From positions 589 to 64,588 of the forward strand of contig CAVGOA010000003.1 of NCBI GenBank assembly GCA_963630635.1: 64,000 bases of DNA, in the 5' to 3' direction. Below, one piece after another: positions 37,634 through 46,873 of this stretch. Below the pieces are notes generated by a model, which saw only the letters and a program-made list of their open reading frames with translations, did not search any database and had not been told where the DNA came from. The position numbers and the translations under genes were made by a program. The stretch's first letter is position 1. Every line of letters begins with the position of its first letter. This DNA comes from Paludibacteraceae bacterium (GTDB lineage Bacteria > Actinomycetota > Coriobacteriia > Coriobacteriales > Atopobiaceae).

Positions 37634-39850
37634 ATGGGTATCAGAACCCGCAGGGCTCACATGCACTCCCGCACCCACGTCGTTGGGTTTGGTATAGCCG
37701 GCGTCTTTGGCTTCATCGCGCTTTTAATCACGGCCTTGACCCTGTCTTTGGGCACGGTCGTCTCGTCTTGGCTCGAGGACCTGCCCGACTACACCTCGAC
37801 CGACTCGTACCTGGTTGCCGAGCCCACGCGCGTCTTTGACGCCGACGGCAACGAGCTGGCCTCGTACTACCTGCAGCAGCGCCGCTCGGTCGATCTGTCC
37901 CAAATCTCGGACTACGTGGTCAAGGGCACTGTCGACACCGAGGACAGGCGCTTCTACCAGCACAACGGCATCGACCCCCAGGGCATTCTGCGCGCCATTG
38001 GCTCGCAGCTCATAGGCCGTTCCGAGGGCGCCTCGACCATCACGCAGCAGCTGGTGAGAAACACGATTCTTTCTGACGAGCAGTTCGAGTACTCCTTGAA
38101 GCGCAAGGTGCGCGAGGCCTACATCGCCATCCAGATGGAGAAGATGTACACCAAGGACCAGATCCTCAACATGTACCTCAACACCATCTATTACGGCAAC
38201 GGCGCCTACGGCATCGAGGCCGCGAGCATCATCTACTTCAACAAAAGCGCCAGTGATCTTACCCTGGCCGAGGCCGCGACCTTGATCGGCCTGCCCAACT
38301 CCCCCACTTACTACGACCCCACCAGCTACCCCGACCGCTGCGTCAGCCGTCGCAACGTCGTTCTTGAGCGCATGTGCACGGCAGGCACCATCACCCGTGA
38401 GGAATGCGACGCGGCCAAGGCCGAGGAGCTGGTCTTGAACCAAGGCGAGCTGTCCGAGACCGTGGGCACCTACCCTTACTTCACCGACTACGTCAAGAGC
38501 CTGCTGCTCAAGGACTTCTCGTCCGAGACCGTGCTGCAGGGCGGCCTTAAGGTCTACACCACCATCAGCGCCAAGTATCAAGACGCCGCCGAGCAGGCCG
38601 TGAGCCGACGCCTGGAAGAGCTGGGCAACGAGAAGCTCGCCGCGACGCTGGTCTCCATCGACCCCTCCACCGGCTACATCAAGGCCATGGTGGGCGGCCA
38701 GGACTACTCGGAATCCCAGTACAACCTGGCACTTACCACCAACCGTCAGATGGGCTCGAGCTTCAAGGCCATCGTCTTGGCCGCGGCCATCGACTCGGGC
38801 ATGAACCCCGAGATCATGCTGGATTGCTCTTCTCCCATGCAGATCACGCCCACCTGGAAGGTTAAGAATTACGGCAACTACCAGTACGGCGTGAGGTCTT
38901 TGGCCAGCGCCACGGCCATCTCGTCCAACACCGGCTATGCGCAGGTTGCCGAGGCAATTGGTCTTGAGAAGATCATCTCGACGGCGCACGCGCTGGGCGT
39001 CACCTCGGACATCCCGCAGTACTACTCCATCGCGCTTGGCTCGGTGGGTGTCTCGGCCCTGGACATGTGTGACGTCTTTGCCACGTTTGCCGCCGGCGGC
39101 GTGCACCGCGACGCCGTGGCCATCACCAAGATCGAGGACCGCAACGGCAACACCATCTACGAGCACAAGGACAATCCCACCCAGGCCATCAGCACTGCTG
39201 TTGCCCAGGCCACGACCGAGGTGCTCGAGACCGTCTTCACCAGCGGTACCGCTAGGACCGCCAATTCTCTTCTCACCATCAACCAGCCTGTGGCCGGCAA
39301 GACCGGCACCTCCGACGACGACAAGGACCTGTGGCTTTGCGGCTACACCCCGCAGCTGGCCACCGTCGTGTGGTGCGGCTACCGCGACAGCCAAGAGACC
39401 GTCATAGTCAACGGCAGCGTGGCCTCGACCAACATCGCGCCGCAGTACATCTGGGCCTATTACATGAACCAGGTCCTGGAAGGCGTCGACCGCGGCGAGT
39501 TCATCACCACCAAGGACACCGTGAACTACAAGTCCAACAGCTCCTGGACCTTTGTGGGCACCTCCAGCTCGCTTAACTCGGGCTACTCGTACTCTTACAC
39601 GTACGACACCTCGGATGACGACGAGACGACCGAGACCACCACGACCACTACAACGACCACCACGACGACCCGTCAGGACACCACGACGCCCACCACCCCG
39701 ACTTCCAACTCGACGACGGGCGGAAACGGCAACGGCGGCGGTGACGACGGCACCGGCTCGAGCGATGCGGCCACCGGCGGCGGCACAGCTGGAAGAAACG
39801 AGAGCACCAACAACACCGGCGGCACAACAACCACCCCATCCACCAACTAG
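37634..39850 (+). CDS. Class A penicillin-binding protein (PBP1A)
   Basis: EDRRFYQH.G, GASTITQQL, RKVRE, SSFK, SSN, KTG; Thr/Gly-rich tail. Confidence 0.95.
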   Translation: MGIRTRRAHMHSRTHVVGFGIAGVFGFIALLITALTLSLGTVVSSWLEDLPDYTSTDSYLVAEPTRVFDADGNELASYYLQQRRSVDLSQISDYVVKGTVDTEDRRFYQHNGIDPQGILRAIGSQLIGRSEGASTITQQLVRNTILSDEQFEYSLKRKVREAYIAIQMEKMYTKDQILNMYLNTIYYGNGAYGIEAASIIYFNKSASDLTLAEAATLIGLPNSPTYYDPTSYPDRCVSRRNVVLERMCTAGTITREECDAAKAEELVLNQGELSETVGTYPYFTDYVKSLLLKDFSSETVLQGGLKVYTTISAKYQDAAEQAVSRRLEELGNEKLAATLVSIDPSTGYIKAMVGGQDYSESQYNLALTTNRQMGSSFKAIVLAAAIDSGMNPEIMLDCSSPMQITPTWKVKNYGNYQYGVRSLASATAISSNTGYAQVAEAIGLEKIISTAHALGVTSDIPQYYSIALGSVGVSALDMCDVFATFAAGGVHRDAVAITKIEDRNGNTIYEHKDNPTQAISTAVAQATTEVLETVFTSGTARTANSLLTINQPVAGKTGTSDDDKDLWLCGYTPQLATVVWCGYRDSQETVIVNGSVASTNIAPQYIWAYYMNQVLEGVDRGEFITTKDTVNYKSNSSWTFVGTSSSLNSGYSYSYTYDTSDDDETTETTTTTTTTTTTTRQDTTTPTTPTSNSTTGGNGNGGGDDGTGSSDAATGGGTAGRNESTNNTGGTTTTPSTN

Positions 39851-39856
39851 TCTCTT

Positions 39857-39884
39857 AGGCCTCCTGACAACAGGAGGCCTTTTT
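39857..39884 (+). terminator. Intrinsic terminator after the PBP gene
   Basis: AGGCCTCCTG-ACAA-CAGGAGGCCT-TTTT. Confidence 0.85.
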
Positions 39885-39975
39885 CTTATGCGAGTAACGA
39901 TGCCCTTCGCAAAGACACAAGCCATCTACCTGCGGCTTATTTGAAAAACCGAACAAACGATGCCATCTGTGTGTC

Positions 39976-39987
39976 GAACGGCTGTTC
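39976..39987. promoter_or_regulatory. LexA (SOS) box
   Basis: GAAC-GGCT-GTTC upstream of a Y-family polymerase. Confidence 0.8.
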
Positions 39988-40034
39988 TCAGCAATTATTG
40001 TCCGCTCGATGCCCCATCATAGGTTCACGCGCAA

Positions 40035-40046
40035 GAACATTCGTTT
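40035..40046. promoter_or_regulatory. Second LexA box next to the RBS
   Basis: GAAC-ATTC-GTTT. Confidence 0.7.
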
Positions 40047-40062
40047 GGAAGGAGCCTCGCAG

Positions 40063-41328
40063 GTGGAGCCGGGCCGCTACATAGCCATCGACCTCAAGAC
40101 GTTCTACGCCTCGGTCGAGTGCGCCGACCGGGGGCTCGATCCGTTTACCACCAATCTCATTGTGGCGGACCCTTCGCGCGGAGAAGGAACCATCTGCCTG
40201 GCCATCACGCCCGCCATGAAGGCCTTAGGGATCCGCAACCGCTGTCGCGTGCACGAGATTCCTAAGGGCATCAAGTACCTTGAGGTCCGGCCGCGCATGA
40301 GGCGCTATATGGAGGTCTCGGCACAGATCGTGGCCATCTACCTCAAGCGTTTCTCGGCACAAGACGTCTATGTGTACTCGGTTGACGAGTGTTTGATAGA
40401 TGCCGGACCCTACCTCAAGCTCTACGGCAAGACGGCACGTCAGCTGGCGCAAGAGCTAATGGACGACGTCTGGCAACAAAAGCGCATCAAGGCCACGGCG
40501 GGTGTGGGCACCAATTTGTTTCTCGCCAAGGTAGGCATGGATATCCTGGCCAAGCACTCGCCCGATTGCATCGCCGAGCTTGACCAAGAGGAGTTCTTTC
40601 GCCGCATCTGGCACCATCGCCCCATCACCGACGTCTGGGGCATTGGCCCCGGCACGGCCCGCTCGCTTGAGCGCATGGGCGCGCTGGACCTGGTGGGCGT
40701 GACCCGCCTTGACCCGCAGCGGCTGCGCAACAAGTTTGGCGTCAACGCCGAGAGGCTCATCGACCATGCCTACGGGCGCGACCCGCTGACCATGGCTGAC
40801 CTCAAGTCGTACACGCCCAAGTCGCACTCGCTAAGCCAAGGTCAGGTCCTTATGCGAGACTACCGCCCGCACGAGGCCCTGGTCGTCCTTAAAGAGATGA
40901 TCGAGGCGATCTGCCTATCGCTTGTCGAGAATGGCCATGCGTGCTCGGGCATGTCGCTCTACTGCCGCTACTCGTGGGACGACCTGGCGAGGCCGGGCGG
41001 CTTCTCGGCTTCGCAGAAGCTGGCGATGCCCACAGACTCCAGGGCAACGCTGCAAGAGGCGATTCTGCGCCTATGGGAGCAAAACATCGAGAATGAGCGG
41101 CTGGTACGCGGGCTCAACATCGGACTGTTTGGATTGACGCGGGCCGAATGCACGCAGCTGTCGCTCTTCGACGACGTTGAGGCCAAGGAAGCCGAGCGAA
41201 AGCTCTCGCAAGCCGAGGTCAACATCAAAAGCAAGTACGGCGCCGCCGCTATCATGCGCGGCTGCAGCCTTATGCCGTGCGCCACAGGGCAGGCGCGCGC
41301 CAACCAGGTAGGAGGACACCACTCATGA
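40063..41328 (+). CDS. Y-family DNA polymerase (UmuC/ImpB/UvrX-like)
   Basis: IDLKTFYASVEC, YSVDE, DVWGIG, C-terminal QVGGH; GTG start after AAGGAG. Confidence 0.95.
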   Translation: MEPGRYIAIDLKTFYASVECADRGLDPFTTNLIVADPSRGEGTICLAITPAMKALGIRNRCRVHEIPKGIKYLEVRPRMRRYMEVSAQIVAIYLKRFSAQDVYVYSVDECLIDAGPYLKLYGKTARQLAQELMDDVWQQKRIKATAGVGTNLFLAKVGMDILAKHSPDCIAELDQEEFFRRIWHHRPITDVWGIGPGTARSLERMGALDLVGVTRLDPQRLRNKFGVNAERLIDHAYGRDPLTMADLKSYTPKSHSLSQGQVLMRDYRPHEALVVLKEMIEAICLSLVENGHACSGMSLYCRYSWDDLARPGGFSASQKLAMPTDSRATLQEAILRLWEQNIENERLVRGLNIGLFGLTRAECTQLSLFDDVEAKEAERKLSQAEVNIKSKYGAAAIMRGCSLMPCATGQARANQVGGHHS

Positions 41329-41645
41329 GAGGAACCATCGCAAACCGAGCGGCTCAGTGGGCGCCGTTCGCCGCGCTCGACGGCTACCAGGAGCTTGTCG
41401 ACAAAGCAGTTGAGACGCCAGAGCCCCGTCGGGTCTTTACCGAGGAAGAAGCCGAGCGGCTCTCGGCCGAGCTTGCGGTGCTCGAGCGCGGCGACAAGGT
41501 ATTGATAGAGCGCTACGACGCCGGGCGCTACGTGACAGAGCCGGGCGTGGTGCGCGAGGTCGACGCCGTGTCGCGCTGCTTGAGGCTCGAGGGACGCCAG
41601 ATTGCCTTTGGCAACCTCTGGCACGTTGAGCTGGACCTGCAGTGA
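41325..41645 (+). CDS. YolD-like protein
   Basis: RAAQWAPFAAL motif; ATGA overlap with the polymerase. Confidence 0.85.
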   Translation: MRGTIANRAAQWAPFAALDGYQELVDKAVETPEPRRVFTEEEAERLSAELAVLERGDKVLIERYDAGRYVTEPGVVREVDAVSRCLRLEGRQIAFGNLWHVELDLQ

Positions 41646-41935
41646 GCCCGGCGACCCTGGCCGGTACAAACGGCATTCCCCTAACAGATCAACGCACCTA
41701 CCTGCGCGTTATTGCCGAGACAGACGAAGAGGGCTACATGCGGCCCACGCAAATCGTGTGGCCGGACGGTCGACGCTTCGACGTGGCGTCGACCACACTG
41801 GTGCGCACCCTGGGCCGCTGGGAGCGCGGCACCTTGACCTTAGCCTACGAGCTTACCTTCAAGAGAAAGAACGGTCAGGAGGCCAGAAGAAACGTCTGGT
41901 GGGAACGCGGGAGGTGGTTCTGCAAGCGCGGGTAA
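41642..41935 (+). CDS. Small beta-rich hypothetical protein, third gene of the SOS cassette
   Basis: GTGA overlap; P..IVWPDGRRF...W.ERGRWF pattern. Confidence 0.75.
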   Translation: MSPATLAGTNGIPLTDQRTYLRVIAETDEEGYMRPTQIVWPDGRRFDVASTTLVRTLGRWERGTLTLAYELTFKRKNGQEARRNVWWERGRWFCKRG

Positions 41936-41946
41936 TCCGCCGCGGC

Positions 41947-42378
41947 CTACCCCGTGGCACTCAGCTTGGCGATGTAGCCTTGCAGCACCTCGGCGTTGCT
42001 GGCGTTGTCGACAATGACAAGAACAGTATCGTTGCCCGCAACCGAGCCCAAAGTATGCGCCAAGCTCGCGTCGTCGATGGCAGCGGCCACGCCCGACGCC
42101 GTCCCGGGCTGGCTGCGCACGACCACGAGGTTCTCGGCGCGGGCAACGCCCACCACAAACTCAGAGAGCATGCGCTGCAGGTGCAGGTCCTCGGCCAAAA
42201 CATAGATACCCTCGGGGAGCTTGCGCAGGCCCATATCGGCGATGTCGCGCGAGACCGTGGCCTGCGTACAGTTGAAGCCCATCTCTTTAAGCTCAAGCAC
42301 AAGGTCGCGCTGGGTCTTGATCGACTTGGCGCGCACGCAGTCGCGTATGGCCTCTTGCCTGGTGTTTCTACGCTTCAT
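41947..42378 (-). CDS. argR: Arginine repressor
   Basis: RQEAI, TQRDL, TQATVSRDI, GSVAGNDT. Confidence 0.95.
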   Translation of the reverse strand: MKRRNTRQEAIRDCVRAKSIKTQRDLVLELKEMGFNCTQATVSRDIADMGLRKLPEGIYVLAEDLHLQRMLSEFVVGVARAENLVVVRSQPGTASGVAAAIDDASLAHTLGSVAGNDTVLVIVDNASNAEVLQGYIAKLSATG

Positions 42379-42600
42379 AGGTCTCTCCCCTCTCGCGTCA
42401 CGTTGCTTCGAGCACAAAGCCGGCGCCCGTTTTGGGCCGCACCTCTATGCGCATCTCGCATTATACAGTGAGAAGCCCATAATATGCAGTTTTGCCGTGA
42501 TGTCACGTTCACGGAATAGTGGCGTTTGAGCACAAGGGGCAGGAGGTTTGTGCCGTATCATTTGAGCATCTGAATGTATCGACTCCATACGGAGGCTGAC

Positions 42601-43734
42601 ATGCCCTACAAGACGCCAGACGCAAACTCCCGCCACCGCTCCGTGGTCGAGGGCGGGTCTCCCAACAGCCGCAACATGGGTGGCCGCCAGCGCATCTCGA
42701 CCAACCGCGGCGCCTATCACGGCCCCCAGGGCCTGCAGCAGCGCTCTGTTGGCCGCGCGCGCGGCCGCGGCGGGCGCAAGGTCATGAACTCCCTGGGCAG
42801 CTCGGGCCAGGGCTACCCCCTGCGCTCGCGCAGCATCAACTTCCAGGGCAGGCGCGGCGGCTTTAGCCCCAACCGCCAGGTCATCATCTTGGGCGCCGTT
42901 GCCGTCCTTCTCATCATCATCTTGGTCGTGGGCATCTCGAGCTGCGTTCGTGGCTGCTCGAGCGACCAGGCGTCCACCAACGGCGCCGAGGTCAACTCGG
43001 TTGACTCCCGCGTGGCCGCAGGCGTCTCGGAAGACCTCACCAACCAGCTCTCGACCGCCCTTAACCGTGGCGAGAAGATCCAGCAGATCGCGGCCAACGC
43101 CAACAAGTACAGCGACACCCAGCTTGTCGAGCTGGCCCTTTCCCAAGACGCCGCCGTCGACTTTGTGGCCTCTTATCCCGACGCCTCGCACGAGGCCTCT
43201 TCTTACACCGACACCGTGACCAAGGGCAAGGTGCCCGAGCTCTACTGCTGGGATTCCCGTTGGGGTGCCGTCGACTACGCCGGCCACGCGCTGGCCGTCA
43301 GCGGCTCTGGCCCCACCTCGCTGGCCATGGCGTACATGAGCCTTGCCGGCAACGCCGAGCAAACCCCCGCCACAATCGCGACCTTGGTCCAAAACGCCAA
43401 CCTGGACAGCGGCGACTCTGGCATGGACGCCTCTTTTGTCGAGAAGAACCTCGCCGACCTGGGGCTTTCTGCCAAGTCCTACACCACCTCGGCCGATAAC
43501 ATCAATGTGGCCGTCGACGCCAACAGCTATGCCTTGATCGAGGTCATGGCCAACACCTTGACCGACAAGGCCCACTGGGTCCTGGCTGTCTCCGAGAACC
43601 AGGACGGCACCGTCTATATCCAGGACCCCACCTCGCCCGAGGCAAGCTCACACGCCTGGTCCACCAGCACCCTGGCCTCCAGCGCCACACACGTCTTTGC
43701 CATCACCGCGGCTTCTGCCGAGTCCGCCTCTTAG
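42601..43734 (+). CDS. Membrane-anchored C39-like/papain-fold protein with Cys->Ser at the nucleophile position
   Basis: WDSRWG..DY, SGSGPTSLAM, HWVL, IQDP; GGAGG RBS. Confidence 0.85.
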   Translation: MPYKTPDANSRHRSVVEGGSPNSRNMGGRQRISTNRGAYHGPQGLQQRSVGRARGRGGRKVMNSLGSSGQGYPLRSRSINFQGRRGGFSPNRQVIILGAVAVLLIIILVVGISSCVRGCSSDQASTNGAEVNSVDSRVAAGVSEDLTNQLSTALNRGEKIQQIAANANKYSDTQLVELALSQDAAVDFVASYPDASHEASSYTDTVTKGKVPELYCWDSRWGAVDYAGHALAVSGSGPTSLAMAYMSLAGNAEQTPATIATLVQNANLDSGDSGMDASFVEKNLADLGLSAKSYTTSADNINVAVDANSYALIEVMANTLTDKAHWVLAVSENQDGTVYIQDPTSPEASSHAWSTSTLASSATHVFAITAASAESAS

Positions 43735-43826
43735 CGCCACACAACAAGCACCGCGCCTCTCGCCGCCGGGACCCCAGGGTCTCGGCGGTTTTTCTCTGCA
43801 CCCGGCCCCAGCCTGCGCGCAGCGGC

Positions 43827-43861
43827 AAAAAAGGGCCACCGGGACAACCGGCGGCCCTTTT
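43827..43861. terminator. Bidirectional terminator
   Basis: AAAAAAGGGCCACCGG-loop-CCGGCGGCCCTTTT between convergent genes. Confidence 0.8.
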
Positions 43862-43912
43862 CAGTTAAAACAAGTTAGCAAGCGCGGAGACCCGCGCAGC
43901 CAACCCAGCTCC

Positions 43913-45637
43913 TTAGGACAAGATCTCCTTGCTGGCGGCCTCGAGCTTGTCGCGCACGGCCTCGGACTCCTCGCGGGTGGCGCCCACAGAGAAGAGATAG
44001 GCCTTGACCTTGGGCTCGGTGCCGGAGGGACGGAAGATGACCTTGTTGTTGCCCTCAAGACGGTACTCAATGACGTTTGCGGGCGGCAGGACCTGTGCGG
44101 CCTCCTTCTGCAGGCCAGAGACGCGCGGCATCTCGGGGCCGGTAGCATAGTCGGTCATGCCTTCGACCTTGTAGCCGGCAATCTCGGTCAGAGGCTCCTT
44201 GCGCAGCCCCTCCATGATCTGGGCCATCTTCTCGGCGCCGGAAGCACCGGGGAAGGAAGCGTTGACGGTGCCGTTGAGGTAGTAGCCGTACTTCTTGTAC
44301 AGGGCGTCCATGGCCTCGTAGAGGTCCATGCCCTTAGAGGCGTAGTAAGAGGCCATCTCGACGCACAGCATCGTGGCAACAATGGCGTCCTTGTCGCGGG
44401 CGTGGGTGCCCACCAGGTAGCCGTAGGACTCCTCGAAGCCCATGAGGAAGCGCTCCTCCTCGCCCTCGGCCTTAAGCTGGTCGATCTGGTCGCCAATGTA
44501 CTTGAAGCCGGTCAGGACGCGGCGCATCTCGAAGCCCTTGTCCTTAGCAATGGCGTCGGGCATGGAAGAAGAGACGATCGTGGAGACAGCAACCTTAGAG
44601 GCCACGTCCTCGCCGTTCTCGGCGGCCATGTTGGCCAGCCAATCCATGAGAAGGACGCCCATCTCGTTGCCAGACAACAGCACGTAGTCGCCGTCGTGAG
44701 GGATGGCGGTGCCCATGCGGTCGGCGTCGGGGTCGGTGGCCACGACCAGGTTGGGCTTGACCTCCTCGGCGAGCTTAAGCGCCAGGTCAAGGGCAGCGCG
44801 GAACTCGGGGTTGGGATAGTTGCACGTGGGGAAGTTGCCGTCGGGCTCGGCCTGCTCGGGCACGACAGAGACGTCGGTCACGCCGATCTCTTTGAGGATG
44901 CGGGTCACGCACTCCATGCCGGTGCCGTTAAGCGGCGTGTAGACCACCGAGTAGCCGTCGGAAGCCTTAAAGCCGGGGACCGAGACCTTCTTGATGTTGT
45001 CGATGAAGGAGTCCAGGACCTCCTCGGGCGTCCACTCGACCAGGCCCTTCTCAAGCGCCTCCTCGAAGTCCATGGCGCCGGCGTAAGCCTCGAAGGGGTC
45101 GACCTTGGCGATGTTGGCAGAGATCTCGGCCGCGGCCTCATCGGTGATCTGGCCGCCGTTGTCGTTGTAGACCTTGTAGCCGTTGTAGGCCGCCGGGTTG
45201 TGCGAGGCGGTCAGCACGATGCCGGCAGAAGTGCCCAGGTGACGCACGGCAAAGGACAGCGTGGGGACGGGCTCGATGCGCGGGTACAGGTAGACGTGGA
45301 CGCCGTTGGCGGCAAGGATGCCGGCGGCGACCTTCTGGAAGTCCTCGCCCTTCAAGCGCGAGTCGCGGGCAAGCGCCAGCGTGGGCTTCTCGTAGTGGGC
45401 GCACAGGTAGTCGGCCACGCCCTGGGTGGCCTGGGCCACGACATAGACGTTCATGCGGTTGGTGCCAACGCCCAGGGTGCCGCGAAGGCCGGCGGTGCCA
45501 AAGGCAAGGCTGCGGTAGAAGGCGTCGTAGAGCTTGTCGCCGTCCTCGGCAACAAGGTCGTTAAGCTCGGCGGCAAGGTCGGCCTCGGCGACCTTCTCCT
45601 GCCAGGTCTTGACGGTAGACTCGATGGACTGGTCCAT
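43913..45637 (-). CDS. pgm: Phosphoglucomutase/phosphomannomutase
   Basis: FGTAGLRG, TASHNP, DPDADR, GFEESYG, RPSGTEPK. Confidence 0.95.
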   Translation of the reverse strand: MDQSIESTVKTWQEKVAEADLAAELNDLVAEDGDKLYDAFYRSLAFGTAGLRGTLGVGTNRMNVYVVAQATQGVADYLCAHYEKPTLALARDSRLKGEDFQKVAAGILAANGVHVYLYPRIEPVPTLSFAVRHLGTSAGIVLTASHNPAAYNGYKVYNDNGGQITDEAAAEISANIAKVDPFEAYAGAMDFEEALEKGLVEWTPEEVLDSFIDNIKKVSVPGFKASDGYSVVYTPLNGTGMECVTRILKEIGVTDVSVVPEQAEPDGNFPTCNYPNPEFRAALDLALKLAEEVKPNLVVATDPDADRMGTAIPHDGDYVLLSGNEMGVLLMDWLANMAAENGEDVASKVAVSTIVSSSMPDAIAKDKGFEMRRVLTGFKYIGDQIDQLKAEGEEERFLMGFEESYGYLVGTHARDKDAIVATMLCVEMASYYASKGMDLYEAMDALYKKYGYYLNGTVNASFPGASGAEKMAQIMEGLRKEPLTEIAGYKVEGMTDYATGPEMPRVSGLQKEAAQVLPPANVIEYRLEGNNKVIFRPSGTEPKVKAYLFSVGATREESEAVRDKLEAASKEILS

Positions 45638-45905
45638 GGTTCCCCCACTTCCTAAAGGCCCGCGCGCCTTAGCGCAGACCGATTTACTCACGTGGGCTAC
45701 ATTCTAGTAGCCTTGGGCGCAAGTTAGCCCAAGGAAACGACGAGCGGCAGTATCTGTCGAAAAACGTTTATGCGCAACTGCGAAAACCCCGCGAAAACAA
45801 GGAAGGCAGGCGGCAAACGGTCGATGTCGCCTGCCGCCCGCCCTCAGATAAGGCCGGTGATATGTTACCGAGAAGAACGGCGAGAAGCCCCGTCCCCGCC
45901 GCGCC

Positions 45906-46853
45906 TCACGCGTCGTAGCGCTTGACCAACCCCAAGACGTTGTCGTGGCAAACCGCCCGGGCGCACTCGGGCGACAGGCGGTCCAGCAGCTTGTAGTACT
46001 TCTCGACGCAGGCCGGGTAGCCGTCCCAGTGGCCCACGATGTCGGTGCCCAGAAGAAAACGGTCGGGCCAGCGCTCAAGAAGCTCGACCCAGTCGTCCAA
46101 CGTGGTGTCGGCACGAATCCCCTCGGGGCACTCCTCAAGGAAGTAGTAGTCGTAGACCACCCATGAGATGTCGATCCACAGGTTGGGGTTTTGGGCCAAC
46201 AGCCGCTCAGCGATGGCGGGAAGCCCCGGCACCATCACGTAGCGCGAGATGCCAATGTGGGCCCAGATGATCTTGCAGTCGCGGTTGTGGGCCAGCGCAC
46301 GCTCAAGTTCGTGCAGGTGCAGGACCTCGCGCATGTGCGGCTTGGTGATGTTGTGGTGCACCAAGACCGGCAGGCCCTTCTCGGCAGCATAGTCGTAGAT
46401 GGCGAGAAACGCGGGATGGTCCACATGCGGCGCCGGGCCAAAGGTCAAGGACGTGAGGTCATCGTGCCTGCCCATAAGCTCTCCGATGCCGCGGATAGTG
46501 TTGGGATAGAGCTCCATCAAGCGGTCGATCTGGTCGACGGCAAAGCGGTCGTTGGGGTTAAAACCGCAAACAAAGGGCAAGACGCGGTCGCGCACCTCCT
46601 TGGGCTGGCGCGACAGGTCCTCAAGCAGCAAGAAATCGGTACCCGAGTAGTAGTAGCAAGGCGAGGGGTCGCTTAGGTAGTAGGTGGGCTCTTCTCGCAC
46701 GCCCTCGCTCCACTGCTTGGACATGGCGGTGCCAAAAAGCACGCACTGGCTCACCCCCGCCTTGTCCATAGCTTGCATAAGCGCAGGAAAACCGTCTGTT
46801 TTTTGGCGGAAATCGGTGTAGTGAAGATGGCTGTCAACAATGTCGTAGGTCAC
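45906..46853 (-). CDS. Amidohydrolase family protein
   Basis: DSHLH, GIGE, LVHH, WAHIG, GTD. Confidence 0.85.
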   Translation of the reverse strand: MTYDIVDSHLHYTDFRQKTDGFPALMQAMDKAGVSQCVLFGTAMSKQWSEGVREEPTYYLSDPSPCYYYSGTDFLLLEDLSRQPKEVRDRVLPFVCGFNPNDRFAVDQIDRLMELYPNTIRGIGELMGRHDDLTSLTFGPAPHVDHPAFLAIYDYAAEKGLPVLVHHNITKPHMREVLHLHELERALAHNRDCKIIWAHIGISRYVMVPGLPAIAERLLAQNPNLWIDISWVVYDYYFLEECPEGIRADTTLDDWVELLERWPDRFLLGTDIVGHWDGYPACVEKYYKLLDRLSPECARAVCHDNVLGLVKRYDA

Positions 46854-46873
46854 GGGGTTCTCCAAATCGGGTT

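Noticed and set aside
39620..39845. ACC/ACG-rich repeats at the end of the PBP gene
   Set aside because: Ordinary Thr/Gly low-complexity tail common in class A PBPs
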